In this document: positions 27,515 to 40,755 of the stretch, one piece after another
Layout: each line of letters begins with the position of its first letter
How positions within the stretch are numbered: the first letter of the stretch is position 1
DNA from: Octopus vulgaris
Lineage: Eukaryota
Assembly: GCA_951406725.2 (NCBI GenBank)
Contig: OX597817.1
Location: 78,802,001 to 78,866,000 of the forward strand
DNA: 64,000 bases
Reading direction: 5' to 3'
Translations under genes and position numbers: made by a program
Notes under the pieces: model-generated
Seen by the model: only the letters and a program-made list of their open reading frames with translations
Databases searched by the model: none
Told to the model about the DNA's origin: nothing

Positions 27515-27824
27515 AATTACAAATATTACTAAATGTGATTAGGGTGTTAGGAAACACTTTCATTGCTAGAAATAAGAGCTAAACTGCTTTAATGCTATAG
27601 TTAATGCACATATATACTAACAGGGACCATAATTGTCCAAAAAGTACCAATCGAGAATTTGCAATACTGGTGTGTCAGTTTCTGCAATTTCTGTTGCCTC
27701 ATCAGTTAAGACAGCTTGTTTACATTCATGTGCGCTAACTACAGCATTAGAGCAGTTTAGCTCTTATTTCTAGCAATGTAGGTGTTTCCTAACACCCTAG
27801 TCACATTTAGTGACATTTGTAATT
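27515..27824 (-). mobile_element. Fold-back hammerhead element family FB2
   Basis: About 97-bp inverted arms (27515-27611 and 27728-27824) enclose a minus-strand HHR at 27662-27710: taa CTGATGA g gcaa-cagaaa-ttgc a GAAA ctg-acacac-cag TA ttg. Confidence 0.8.
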
Positions 27825-28479
27825 TGCCTTTTTGGTGAAATATTGGAAACTGCTGTTTATATTAATTTTATACATTGGCTTATCAATCACATGGTTTTGA
27901 GTTCAGTCCCACTGCATGGCACCTTGGCCAGGCGTCTTCTACTAAAGCCTCAGTCCAATCAAAGCCTTGAGAGTAAATTTGGTAGACAGAAACTGAAAGA
28001 AGCCTGTTGAATATATATATATATATGGGATTTTAGCAGTTTAAAATCACGAAGTAGAAATCAGATGAACATGTTTAAACGATCAAATGTTCACATAAAA
28101 TTTAGTGGCAGCAATAGACAATATCAAAGTAAATGTTCGGCGAAGAATGTAATAAATGTACATTACTAAAAGTTTGATCATATTGAGTTTTATAGACAAG
28201 AGAGTCATATTGAGTTTTTATGGACAAGAGAGAGAAAAAAGAAAATAAGAGAGCAATGAAACCTACTACCAATCAAAATCTGTTCCTATATACAGGAACC
28301 AACCAAAACACTAATGCAAAAACAAAATCTATTTTTTGACCAAAAACATCCACCAGAAAGAATAAGATGTCATTAAAAATATAATGAATCAAAAATTAGA
28401 TCCTTTTTGCATAAAATCATATATACACACATTATATTCTCTATCTATCCATCTATCTATCTATCTATTTACATATATA

Positions 28480-28689
28480 CCGGAGTAAACACATAAATGT
28501 GAAACAAGGTGGAAAAAAGAGTACTCAAATACCAGTGGTAGAGTAATATGCTTTATTTTAAGCAGCAGAAAATTCAACAAAATCTGTTACTCTGAGTTTC
28601 TCGTTGCCGTTCATCAGTCTGATGAACGGCAACGAGAAACTCAGAGTAACAGATTTTGTTGAATTTTCTGCTGCTTAAAATAAAGTATT
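28480..28689 (-). mobile_element. Fold-back hammerhead element family FB1, copy b
   Basis: Perfect 67-bp palindrome (28551-28617 / 28619-28685) with CTGATGA acggcaacga GAAA ctcagag TA acag on both strands. Tail 28480-28550 is the reverse complement of the tail at 15908-15978. Confidence 0.88.
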
Positions 28690-28914
28690 TACATATATAT
28701 ATATATCATCATCATCGTCTTTAATTTAACCTCCTTTTTTCAATGAGGGCATGGTTTCTACAGCTGGATGCCCTTCCTAATATCAACCACTTAAAGGAGT
28801 GTACTGGGTGCTTTTTATGTAGCACCAGCTCCAATGATTTCACCAAGTACCTGCATGATAAGACCCACAACTGAACAGGATATATATATGTATGTGTGTG
28901 TATACATATATATA

Positions 28915-29300
28915 AGCACAGACATGGCTGTGTGGTAAGAAGCTTGCTTCCCAACCACATGGCTTCAGGTTCAGTGCCACTGCATAGCAATGTCATCTTC
29001 TATAACCTCGCACTGATCAAAGCTTTGTGAGTGGATTTGGTAGACAGCAACTGATAAGAACTCATCATGTGTGTGTGTGTGTGTGAGAGAGAGTCTTTGT
29101 GTCTGAGCTTCTCACCCACCACTGCTTGACAACCAGTGCTGGTGTATTTATGTCTCTATAACTTAGCAGTTTAGCAAATGAGACCGAGAGGATAAATAGG
29201 CTTACAAAGTATAAGTCCTGAGGTGGATTTATTTGACTAAAACCCTTCAGGGCAGTGCCCCTATATGGACGCAGTCTAATGACTGAAACAAGTAAAAGAT
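28915..29300 (+). mobile_element. SINE family A copy
   Basis: tggctgtgtggtaagaagcttgcttcccaaccacatgg...gactgaaacaagtaaaaga. Confidence 0.85.
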
Positions 29301-29304
29301 AAAT

Positions 29305-29362
<58 letters not shown>

Positions 29363-29368
29363 GAAAGT

Positions 29369-29425
<57 letters not shown>

Positions 29426-30544
29426 GCATGTGTGTATATATGTACATTGTTGCATTGATGGTCAAGCTAAAACCAATATATTCTTTTCAGAAGTTTGGAA
29501 GGCTCTAAATTCATGGTTCTTGGTTCTCACCCATGTCATAACACAGATAAGGAATTATGAAGCAAATGGTGTCAGTTAATCAAGTTTTTGTCATCTTTGT
29601 ATGAAATATGAGATCATAGTCTGACTAGGAGATGCATATAATTATTTTGTTTTGCTAAACATATACAGATTAAATGAACTGCAGTTAGATATGTTCATTA
29701 AATACAGCCCCACAGGCTAAAAGGACATTATTGAAAATATGAGAAATAATCAAACCCATCCTTTTATTTCATAAATATATAGTGATTAAAGAGACAATAA
29801 ACTGAAGCCTTATTCACAATTTGTTCCTAAATTTGTATAAGAAGGAATTTGCTTCAGCAGATATAAGAAGAAAGAAGAGAATCTCTACAATATAAAAGAC
29901 AAGAGAATATTGTGGAGCTTTGGGAAGACAGCCAGAAAACATTGAATCTTGCGGAGGGGAGGATGTCTGTGGAATAAAAGATGCTATATTGCAAATATTT
30001 TTCTACTATGCTCATATAAATAATCATTAACAAATTTAAATCTTCATCATCATCACAATTTTAACATTCACCTACCAAAGCTTGCATGTGTCAGACAGAG
30101 TATCTTATAGCAATATTTTCAACAGGAAGATGTCCTCCCTGTTGCCAATCCTCAACTCTTTCTAATTAAGTTTATAATTCCCCGAAGGTAGACATGTTCT
30201 TATTTTTTGCAGAAATTTGAAAATAAATGACACTGCTTGTATGACAGTGAAACTCATTTACAACTCATTTATATGATTTTTTAAATCTTGTTTTATGCTG
30301 TTGCTATTGTTATCATGTTTGTTGTTGCTGTTGAATTTTTATCAAAGTTTATAAGTTTTATATATCTTTAGCTAACCTAGAAATATACCATAAAAACCCA
30401 TGTAATTTACACTTTTTTTTTTGTAAAAGCAAAAATAAAACTTATGGGCACATAGTGGGCTGTGTTGAACTTCAGTGTCTGCTTTGGCCTATTTACTGCT
30501 ATTGGATGCCCTTCAGTGAAACACTTCCCTGAGTGTAACGGGTG

Positions 30545-30966
30545 TGTAGTGACGCCATCTTGAAAATCTCTAGCACGCATGCGTAGGGTTGGAATCTGCA
30601 GGAAGTTCCTTCATGCGCATGCACAGAAAACTAGCAGCAGCAAAATTCTCTTGTATCTCTCTTTTTGACGCTACCAGCTGAACGATACAGATGTGTCTCT
30701 AGCATCTCTCTCGAGCTGCTGCCTTGTGGTGGTGCATCTCCTCTATGCTTGAACAGGCAGGATTGACTCACTCCACTTGACTACTGCCAATAAGCTCCTA
30801 GGTTTTCGATTCACCCAGAGGAAGATGATGTTTATATTGTGAATCAAAGAATAAATATTTATACTGTTGAAGTTAATGGAAAATCTCAACTCTTTCTTCA
30901 ATTAATATTTAATGTAAAAGATGTGAGCAGCACTCATCCAGTGCAGGAATCTCTCATCCTGTTACA
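30545..30966 (+). mobile_element. Solo LTR (probably Ty3/Gypsy) nested in a family C SINE
   Basis: TGTA...TACA termini, 4-bp TSD ggtg (30541-44 / 30967-70), AATAAA at 30850 and higher CpG content. The flanks join into a family C sequence. Confidence 0.75.
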
Positions 30967-31130
30967 GGTGCATTTCTCACTGCACCAGCACTGTTAAGGT
31001 TGCCAAGTACTTGCAAAAAAAGACTTCTTAATTAAGTAATGAGGAATGTAAAGATATGATAGAGGATCAAGACCAGGTGTTGTGTTGAAGAGGTGAACTT
31101 ATGGCATCCCCATTTGTAAAGAGAGATAGG

Positions 31131-31200
<70 letters not shown>

Positions 31201-31289
31201 ATGGTGGTCAAGTTACAAGGTGAATCTGAGAAAGAGATTAGAGAACAGAGACAAAATATTAATCTACTAGATATACCACTACCACCACC

Positions 31290-31557
31290 ATCATCATCAT
31301 CATCACTTAACATCTGTTGGCCATGCTGGCATGGATGGGACAGTTCAACCAGGGCTGACCCCATGCCAGAGGCACGTAAGAAGCACCCACTACATTCTTG
31401 GAGTGGTTGGCGTTAGGAAGGGCATCCAGCTGTAGAAACTTTGCCAGATCAGATTGGAACCTGGTGCAGCCTTCTGGCTTGCCAGTCCTCAGTCAAACTG
31501 TCCAACCCATGCCTGCATGGAAAACAGACGTTAAATGACAACGACGATGACGATGAT
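31290..31557. mobile_element. Two family C 3' ends joined in opposite orientation
   Basis: 31290-31365 is the minus-strand tail (catcat...ccatgctggcatggatgggacag). 31366-31557 is the plus-strand tail ending gatgacgatgat. Confidence 0.7.
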
Positions 31558-31558
31558 A

Positions 31559-31613
<55 letters not shown>

Positions 31614-32555
31614 TTGTTTGACTAAAGGCAGTGCTCCAGGATGGGCACAGTCAAATGACTGAGACAATTAAATGAATAAAAGGATATCCAACCCATGCTA
31701 GCATGGAAAGTGGATGTTAAATGATGATAATGATGATGATATATATACACACACACACATATATACACGCACGCGCACACACACAAATACACACATATGG
31801 ACACACACATATATACATACATAAATATATGCATATATACATCAACACACCCATATAAATGTACAAATAAACATTTACTTATTCAAATGTGATATATAGT
31901 ATTTATCTGTTACATTTATAAAGGAAGTCACATACTCTTGTTTTCTTTAGGCATCAACCTACCTTGAATAAAAAAGCTTAAAATATGAACAAAACAAAAA
32001 TGCAAATACACACAGTAAAAAAACATGCAAAATTATGAAAATATTTGAAAGAATAATGAAAGAAATAACAGAAATATTTTAATTTTAATTTTTATTTAAT
32101 TTCAAATTTATTTAATCTTATGACTTCTGTTTCATATTTATTTTATATTTTTATTTGCATTCTAGATCTTGGCAAGAAATAATAGTGCAAGATGGTGACT
32201 TTTTTCTAATGCTTGATATTTTCACCAAGAAATTAAGAAATTTCTTTAGCCTAGAGTTGCAGACAGTGAAGGGCATTTTTTATCTTGTCTGTTCAAAATC
32301 ATATCGAAAGAAAATAAGTTTCATTTTTATTTTGTGTAAAGGCTGTGTTTGATGTATATTAATTTGTATATTATGTGTTTATCTTGTTTTGTGTTGTTGT
32401 TATTTGGTGTTGTTACTGGTAATGGTATTTTTTGTTAAGGTTTAAAAATTTTATGTATCTTTATCTTACCTTGAAATATATCTCACTGTTTATTTTCTCC
32501 GGAAAAATAAAATCAGATAGATAGATAGATAAATAGATGTATGTATGTATGTATG

Positions 32556-32587
<32 letters not shown>

Positions 32588-32613
32588 AATAAAATCAGAT
32601 ATATATATGTATG

Positions 32614-32658
<45 letters not shown>

Positions 32659-32915
32659 ACACACACATATTAATTTTTAGCACCAGCAATAGAGTGACTC
32701 AAAGGCTGAGAGTTTTGTGTTAGTAATTACCTATATATACACACACACACACAAAAACACATATATATACATATTCTTTTATTTGTTTCAGTCATTTCAC
32801 TGTGGCCATGCTGGGGCACCACCTTAAGTCGAACAAATCAACCCCAGGACTTATTGTTTGCAAGCCTAGTACTTATTCTATCAATCCCTTTTTCCGATAT
32901 ATGTATATGTATATA

Positions 32916-33480
32916 CAGGGGTTGGACAAATGATGGAAACGCCTTAAAATTTCAAAGAAATTAATTTTAATATGGGGTAGGACTGCCTTTCGCAGTAATT
33001 ACAGCTTGAATTCTATGAGGTATGGACTCATTCAATGTTTGAATTCTTTCCAAAGGAATTTTCGTCCATTCTTCAGCTAAAACAGTCTCCAGTTCTTGTA
33101 GTGATGATGGTGGAGGATATCAACTCCTTAATTGTTTTTCTAAAAGGCACCATAAATGTTCAATAATATTGAGATCTGGGGACTGTAGTGGCCAGATAAG
33201 ATGTTCAACTTCACTAGAATGTTCGCCGTGCCATTCAGTAACAACTTTAGCTGTGTGAATTGGTAGATCATCATCCTGAAAGATTACTTTTCCCCCTGGA
33301 AACAGTTCTGCAACCATAGAATGAATTAGATCAGATAAAATGCTTAAATAGTATTGACTATTAACTCTGCCATGAAGGGAAACTATTGAGCCAGCAGATT
33401 TCCAAGATATAGCCCCCCCGGATCATCACAGATCCTCCTCCATGTTTAACAGTTGGAAGAAGGTAGTCTGGGTCAAATGC
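32916..33480 (-). pseudogene. Tc1-like DD36E transposase 3' half with TIR
   Basis: TA+caggggttggacaaa terminus. VIFQDDDLPIHTAKVVTEWHGEHSSEVEHLIWPLQSPDLNIIEHLW has 36 residues between D and E. Upstream lies a PTVKHGGGSVMI-like motif. Confidence 0.85.
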
Positions 33481-33481
33481 C

Positions 33482-33884
33482 AGTGCAGCATAGCCAGCCC
33501 ATTTAAGAGTACCCTTCAATCATTGGGCAATATGTTGTGCTTGTAAAGACCTATTGAGTCAAGGGAAGTCATTGTCATGGCGAATGTCAGTGCCGCTTGA
33601 CTGGCACCCATGTCAGTGGCACAGTAAAAGTACCATTTGAGGGTGGTCGATGCTAGTGCTGCCTGACTGGCTCCCATGCTGGTGGCACATAAAAAGCACT
33701 CACTACACTCACGGAGTGGTTGGCGTTAGGAAGGGCATCCAACTGTAGAAACTTTGCCAGATCAGATTGGAGCCTGGTGCAGCCTGCTGGTTTGCCAGTC
33801 CTCAGCCAAACTGTTCAACCCAAGCCAGCATGGAAAGTGAACATTAAACGACGACAACAATGACAACGATGATGATGATGATGA
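33482..33884 (+). mobile_element. SINE family C copy
   Basis: Same blocks as 5265-5742. It truncates the Tc1 fossil. Confidence 0.8.
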
Positions 33885-33971
33885 TATATATATAATTGTG
33901 TGTGTGTATATGTATGTATATATACATACACGCACACATATATGTGTGTATATATATATATATATAGATAT

Positions 33972-34028
<57 letters not shown>

Positions 34029-34202
34029 CAGATAGAAGTACATATATATATATATATATTGGTGTGCACAATTATATTTAACATGTTCCTATATAGCAGA
34101 ATGTTTTATACTGTGGAAATTGCCGAAGGAAAGAAATTCTCCTTATTGAGAATTCCTGTTAGAAATACTCTGCTAGACTTTGAATGATGCATTCAGACAA
34201 TA

Positions 34203-34242
34203 GGTTATACATGTTTCTGAGTGTTTATGCTTCATCAGCCAC
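34203..34242 (-). ncRNA. Possible minimal hammerhead motif
   Basis: Minus strand CTGATGA agcataaacactca GAAA catg TA, with palindromic stem III ACATGT and a GUA triplet. Stems I and II are poor. Confidence 0.4.
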
Positions 34243-34800
34243 AAACCATCAATGAATCTATCGTTCTTAGTTCTCTAAGAACTAATATACTTAAATGATG
34301 ATGGTGATTTAGATTAAAACGTTTCATATTTGAAGAACACAAGAATTTGAACTCACAAATGCTAGGTACAAAATCTGGCACCTTACACCTAAAAATGCAG
34401 TTTGCTGTCATGTCTCTTGTCTGCAATAAAGTAAAATGTCAACGATGAAGGTTTCTGTCTTGTATTTTCCTTTGTCTCTCTTACATCTTACAGCCACACC
34501 CTTCCACTTTAATGAAATAAATAGCAAAGAAATGGCTTGTATTTTGAGAAAACGAACATTGATTTGACTTTAAGTTGCATACTTTTTCTCATTGCTTTCT
34601 TTTTATGTCATTCATTGACCAGTAATGTATATATTTTAAATGTCAAATGACATACATACAGATACACGAACATACAAACCTACATATATTTAGTGTCCTA
34701 CATAAATATATATATATATATATATTACTAAATATATGTATATATGTAACTATATATAACTATATAAATATATATATACATGTATATATATGTGTATATA

Positions 34801-34845
<45 letters not shown>

Positions 34846-35762
34846 CATATATATGCATATATATATGTAATATATATGTATGTATACATATTCATACATG
34901 TGCATGTGTGTGCAAGTATGCTTTTCTTTTTCTTAGAGACAAGAACCTGCCTTTCTCAAAGAACTCACAATACAGGATGCAGATTGATTCCCATCCATGA
35001 TTGGCACTTTCTGATCATGACTACTTTTAGAAGCAGAAAATGTTTGCTTGTGTATTCTTGACCAATCCTTGCATTGAACTTTTTGGCAAATATGAGTGAA
35101 TACCAATGACAAGAGTCTTCCCATCAATGATTGCATACTTACAGAACTCTATTTATCTTTTTGTCAAAGCATTACACAGTGGGAATGGTAACAGACGGAA
35201 CCAGACAAAAAGGAAAAAAAAAGACAGTAAGAAAAAATGGGATAAAAAATAACAAACAATGTTTTTGTGTGTCATCTTTGAAATGAGATGAATGTTATTT
35301 ATAGAATTATTTTAAAGTGAAAAATAAACAAAACAAAATAAAATAAATATAAATATACATAGATAAAGCAAGAACAAGAAACAAATATTGTTCTAGTCAA
35401 CATATTTTTACTTTTCTTTCAATTGTATTTTTTTATTTTTGGTAAAAGTAGTTCTTTGGACAAGGTGTCTCAAACAGCAACATTTTAGCATTTTAGCCAT
35501 ATTGAGGTGTCTTGGTCATCACATCTGACAGAAGTCATATGCTAAAGCATGAGAGAGAGAGAGAGAATCGCTAGAATTAATCTTTTACGAAAGATAAATA
35601 ATATAAAACATGTCACATTCAGAGACTAATGTAACAGGCAGTGGGAAGTTGATGTAGGTAGGGGACATTAGAAATGTTGTTTATACCTTGCTTGGTGTTG
35701 TAGTTATAGTTGATATTGTTGTTTTTGTTGTTAAATCCATTTGACAGCAATATTTTTTCCTT

Positions 35763-35799
<37 letters not shown>

Positions 35800-35939
35800 A
35801 TATACATATCTTGTGATATTTATTTTTGATTTATTTGTGTATTTCTTTATATTCACATTCCCCTGCCCCCTTATCTTCTATATTTCATTGGTGTGAAAAA
35901 CTTTTATAAAGCACAAAATTTGCCAAGCAACAACAACAA

Positions 35940-35974
<35 letters not shown>

Positions 35975-36148
35975 ACTGTTGCTGCTGCTGCTGCTACTAG
36001 CCGAAAAAAATGGAAGTAGTAAGTTATTTTGAATTCGATGATTACGGTTTTTGAGTATGAATTTCTAAATATGGATGCAAAGGAAAAATAAATGAATAGG
36101 TGAGGTCCATCAATGGAGAAATCAAAGACAATGATACAACAACTAAAC

Positions 36149-36201
<53 letters not shown>

Positions 36202-36316
36202 ATACATATATGTATATATATGTATATACATATGTATATGTATGTATATACATATATGTATATATATGTATATACATATTTATATGTATATATATATATA
36301 TATGTATATACATATG

Positions 36317-36358
<42 letters not shown>

Positions 36359-37327
36359 TTGTATGTATGTATGTATGTATGTATGTATGTATGTATGTAT
36401 TGAGATATACACAATGTCATTATGAAGTGCAAGTTGTGCAAGAAAGAACATCAGAAAGAACTTTTTGCATTCTGTGACAGTTTCATGGAAGAGCATTTTG
36501 GATGTGTTACTATGAGAGGATATCAGATGAGAAACAACTCCCCACCCCACCCCACTACACACACACAGAGGACCTAAAAAAAAAAGGCATCAGAGCACAA
36601 ATGTTGTCATAGTGACTTCTTTCAGAAGTTTTCTGCTTATTTGTATGAATATGCTTTTCAGTTTTTGAATGCTGAAATTTTCAAAAATGCTTCTTTTCTT
36701 ATGAGTTATAATTCCCTATTTCTAAACCCATATTGTTTTGATGATTTTGGAGATAATAGATATATATTTGCTATGGACATGAAGTAATCATCATCCACAG
36801 GTGGGGGTGGGGCAGCTGCTGAAATTAATAAAAACACTTGGGCAGACTAAAGAAAAGAATGCATGCCTTAGTGACCTAATTAGTGTGATGTGAGCAAATG
36901 AAGTAGTCTTCACGTGGTTACTTAATCTACTAGAAATAACAAGCAAACATCCTTCCAATTATCCTAATGTCATACTCACTAATAACCATATCCAGTAATC
37001 ACTCATAAGTAATTTGTTATTAAACTCACTAATGCCCAACAACTAGTACTCACTAACACCTGTCATGCTCATTAACAATACATTGTCTTAAAAGCAGGTA
37101 CCATCTGGACAATGAAGTTCAAGGAAGAATCATCATTGTCATCATTGTCATTGTCACTATTGTCATCATCATCATCATCATCATCATTATCATCGTCATC
37201 ATCATCATAATTATTTAATGTCTATTTTCTATGCTGGCATGAGCTGGATGGTTTGAGAGGAGCTGGCAAGGCCAGGAGCCACATCAAGGTTCCTTAGTCT
37301 GTTTTGGCTTGATTTCTACAGCTGGAT

Positions 37328-37540
37328 AAGGTAGCAAGCTGGCAGAATCGTTAGCACACTGGGTGAAATGCTTAGCAGTATTTCGTCTGTCTTTACGTTC
37401 TGAGTTCAAATCCTGCTGAGGTCGATTTTGCCTTTCCTCCTTTCAGTGTCAATAAATTAAGTATCAGTTGTGTACTGGAGTTGATCAAATCGACTGACCC
37501 CTTCCCCAAAAATTCTGGGTCTTGTGCCTAATGTAGAGAA
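37328..37540 (+). mobile_element. SINE family B with 17-bp TSD, nested in a minus-strand family C copy (about 37200-37660)
   Basis: gatttctacagctggat is duplicated at 37311-37327 and 37541-37557. tRNA-like head gctggcagaatcgttagc...gagttcaaatcc and Meta-like core. Confidence 0.92.
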
Positions 37541-38411
37541 GATTTCTACAGCTGGATGCCCTTCCTAATGCCAACCACTTTACAGAATGTACTAGTTGCC
37601 TGTATATGGCACCATCAACAGTGCTTTTTATGTGGGACCATCACTAGGGCTTTTTAGGTGTTAGGGAATAAGATTTAGATGGGAGAAGAAGGTTGATGGG
37701 GCAGAGTCCCTGATGGACAAGCAATACTGAAAATATAAGACAAGGTGGTTATAGTTGGAACGTCTATGATTACAGGTCTATTCACTTGAGGCTGTCTAAG
37801 AGCTAAAACATCACAATAACGATTAGTAGTGGATCTGATTGTCATGTGACATAATAACTGAAAAATTATTTCATTTGTTGCGGAGGTATTGTAAACAAAA
37901 TATGACATTAAAACTAGTGATGCTATTAACTTTGTGCTTCAGCTTTCATTAAAACTTCATCAGCATTCATTTACATTCTCCTTGCTTTCTTTTTGCTCTG
38001 AATCTCTGCATTGCAGGTTCAAATCTTATTGAAGTCAGGTTTGTCTTCCCTTCTTGTTTTTTGGAGACAATAATAAAGTACTGATATAGAAGAGTGAATC
38101 AATGGAAATTTAAGGATGCCAGGCTGAATGCCTTGCAGTATTTGTTCCACCTCTTTGGGTTTCGAGTTCAAATCCCACCATTGCCTACATGATTGATGGA
38201 CTTTATTCATCACCCAGTTTATCATTATCATGTGGCACATTGGGTGACTTTAACAGAGTTCACTTTACGGCAAGCATTCAGACTGTCTCCTGTTTGAGGA
38301 TACATTACACTCTCCCTACTACCACTCTAAGAAGTACTGTATAGGGTCATGGGTACAATCCACTTCTTACAGAAAAATAAAAAATTTTTTAAATGCTGAG
38401 AAAATGTTATA

Positions 38412-38450
38412 AATCCTGAAGAGGTTTTAATGGAAGCTGAAACTAGTTGG
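38412..38450 (+). ncRNA. Possible degenerate hammerhead motif
   Basis: CTGAAGA ggttttaatggaagct GAAA ctag TT gg, with palindromic ACTAGT, a wobble-rich stem II and a 2-bp stem I. Confidence 0.35.
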
Positions 38451-38789
38451 CCCAATCTTTATTCATGGCTGCTGTTGGAATGACTGATTGCAATTAACTT
38501 CCATCATCATGTTTCATTATGATTTTGAGTTCATTATAGTGATATTATTTATCACTATTTTTGTGGTCAGTGAACAATTTCTGCTGTTCTCTTCTAAGAT
38601 GATTCTGTGGTACACATTAGCAGCCAGTTTACTGCTTAGAAAGAATTCACATGTCTAGTGTTGAACACTGAAGATGTGTTTGCAAACATAACCTGATATG
38701 GCAGTTTAGGTCAAACTTAGTGTGAATCAATTACTACTGAATGCCTCGAAGTTTTCTCTGCTTTTGCTGATACTCAAGTTTTGTTGATG

Positions 38790-39385
38790 TTGCTTTGCCT
38801 CAGTCAAACCTCATCAAGCAGATTTATGACAAAAGATATTCAACCCATGTATGTAGGACTAAATTATCCATTGTGGCCTTACTCTTTTTAAGGTGGCAGG
38901 ATATGATCTGAAAGATATTTTGCTGCTATTTCTAGCACAATTAACAACCACTTAAAGATGTAAAATTTTGTAGTTAGCTTGGTTACACCTGGCTTGTTGT
39001 TTGATCCCAGTCTTGAATAAGTAATGAGCAAATCTATGATCAAAGATATTCCAATCATGACCATCCTGCATTTTTTCCAAACTACTTTAACTAATGTATC
39101 CTTTTTTTTTTTTGAGACAGTGAGGATATAATTTTCAACTCAAGTAACCACATAGACATCTTCAGTAGTTTATTCCCTTCCTTATTTATTCCATTTAACT
39201 AAGAAACAGACCTATGATCAAACACAATCCAATCAAGACCACTCCATCTGTTTAAGAGTATCTAGGACTACATTATTTAATGTGTTCTTTCTTTATTTAA
39301 GAAGAGTTGGTATGATATGAAGGAAACTTAGCTGCTATTTCTAGCAGTTCATGCAACAATATAGAGGCTCCTCCATTAGTTCAAG
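38790..39385 (-). mobile_element. Three tandem decayed fragments of a further SINE-like tail family
   Basis: Recurrent tatgatcaaaga(t/c)attcc and gctgctatttctagca blocks. The same blocks occur at 51610-51875 and, reversed, at about 36915-36960. Confidence 0.55.
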
Positions 39386-39390
39386 GATTC

Positions 39391-39445
<55 letters not shown>

Positions 39446-39799
39446 CATACTATTTATTAATTAGTTTGGTTATTATGTTTTAAAATTTAATGATGACATT
39501 TCAATTTGTTTCTTTTCTTTTTCTGATTTTCCATTTTTTTTTCCAAATTATGATTTTTATTTTGCATTTCAATTTAATCTTATTTATATATTAATTTCTG
39601 TTTTTTTAGTTATTTGTTACATTAATTATTATTCATTCATTAATCATCGGAAATCAAAGCAGCATAAAAGAACTGCTTAACTAACAGTTAACCCTTAAGG
39701 GTTTGTATGTAGCATCTTTAACAATTATTGCAAGCACTGCATTGATGTCTTGATATTGTAGTTGTCAGTCAAAGAAAAATGAGCTAAAGACCGATGACT

Positions 39800-40080
39800 C
39801 AATTAGAATAGAAAATAAATAAAAATAAATATAAAATAAAAATAATAAAGGTAAAAGTAATAAGATAATAAAAATAAAAACAATAAAATGAAAAATAATA
39901 AAAATACAAATAAATAAAAATAAATATAGAATAAAAATAATAAAGATAAAGGTAATAAAATAACAATTAATAATAATAAAATTAAAAAATTATAGAAATA
40001 AAAAATTATAAAAATAAAAATAACAAAAAATAAATAAAAAATAAAAATATAATAAAATGAAATAAAAATAAATAAAATCA
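39800..40080. repeat. A-rich low-complexity tract
   Basis: Degenerate (AAAT/AAT)n. Confidence 0.9.
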
Positions 40081-40519
40081 ATCTCTATATTCTGTGTAGA
40101 GGCTGAATTCCTTATGAAGGTGAAGTACAAAAACTGAATGTGAGAAATAAAGAAAATTTTGGTTAAATTTTTTTTTAATGTATAAAAAATAATAAAAATC
40201 AAGGTATATCTGATAAAAAACAAAGGACTAAACATGGGTTTGAAATTCTTAGTAAAGAAATCAAAGAAACAAACATAAGAAAACAAATTTTTTTAATTCA
40301 GTTATTTATTTTTTTATGTTGTATTAACGGATTTAAAATACTGCTGGACTCTGTCTCAATGAATAAGAAAGATAAACGTGACGATTATCCATGAGAAGGA
40401 ACGACACGATTAAAAATAGCAACATCAAATAAAAGAAAGATTTCACATTAGTTTACAGCATGGGCAAAAAGAAAAACAACAAAAACATTGCAATGCAAAA
40501 ATATCCTATAACAAATAGA

Positions 40520-40755
40520 ATCATCATCGTTGACCTCATCAACATAGTTGTTGTCATCATAATTATCATTTTAATTATTACTGTCATTGTTATTCAGCAT
40601 TGTCACCATTATTACCATCATCATTTTCATCACCACCATCATCATTATCATAATTGCAGTCATCTTCATTATCGTCATTATCATCATCATTGTCATCATC
40701 ACCATCATCGTCATCATTATTGCCATCATCATGGTTTTCATCATCATTGTCATCA
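40520..40755. repeat. Degenerate (CAT)n tract
   Basis: Source of the poly-H, poly-I and poly-M ORFs. Confidence 0.9.

Noticed and set aside
28178-28233. 27-bp tandem duplication
   Set aside because: Two adjacent copies with no spacer: simple slippage, not a CRISPR or satellite array.
37935-37965. Minus-strand CTGATGA agttttaat GAAA gct G
   Set aside because: G at position 17 and no stem I or stem II.
37980-38045. Possible micro-exon (ttgcag|22 bp|gtttgt), and similar splice-like sites near 2418, 8500, 32165, 47120 (-), 50680 and 52040 (-)
   Set aside because: Such signals are frequent by chance in AT-rich DNA. No consistent frame or homology links them, so RNA-seq would be needed.
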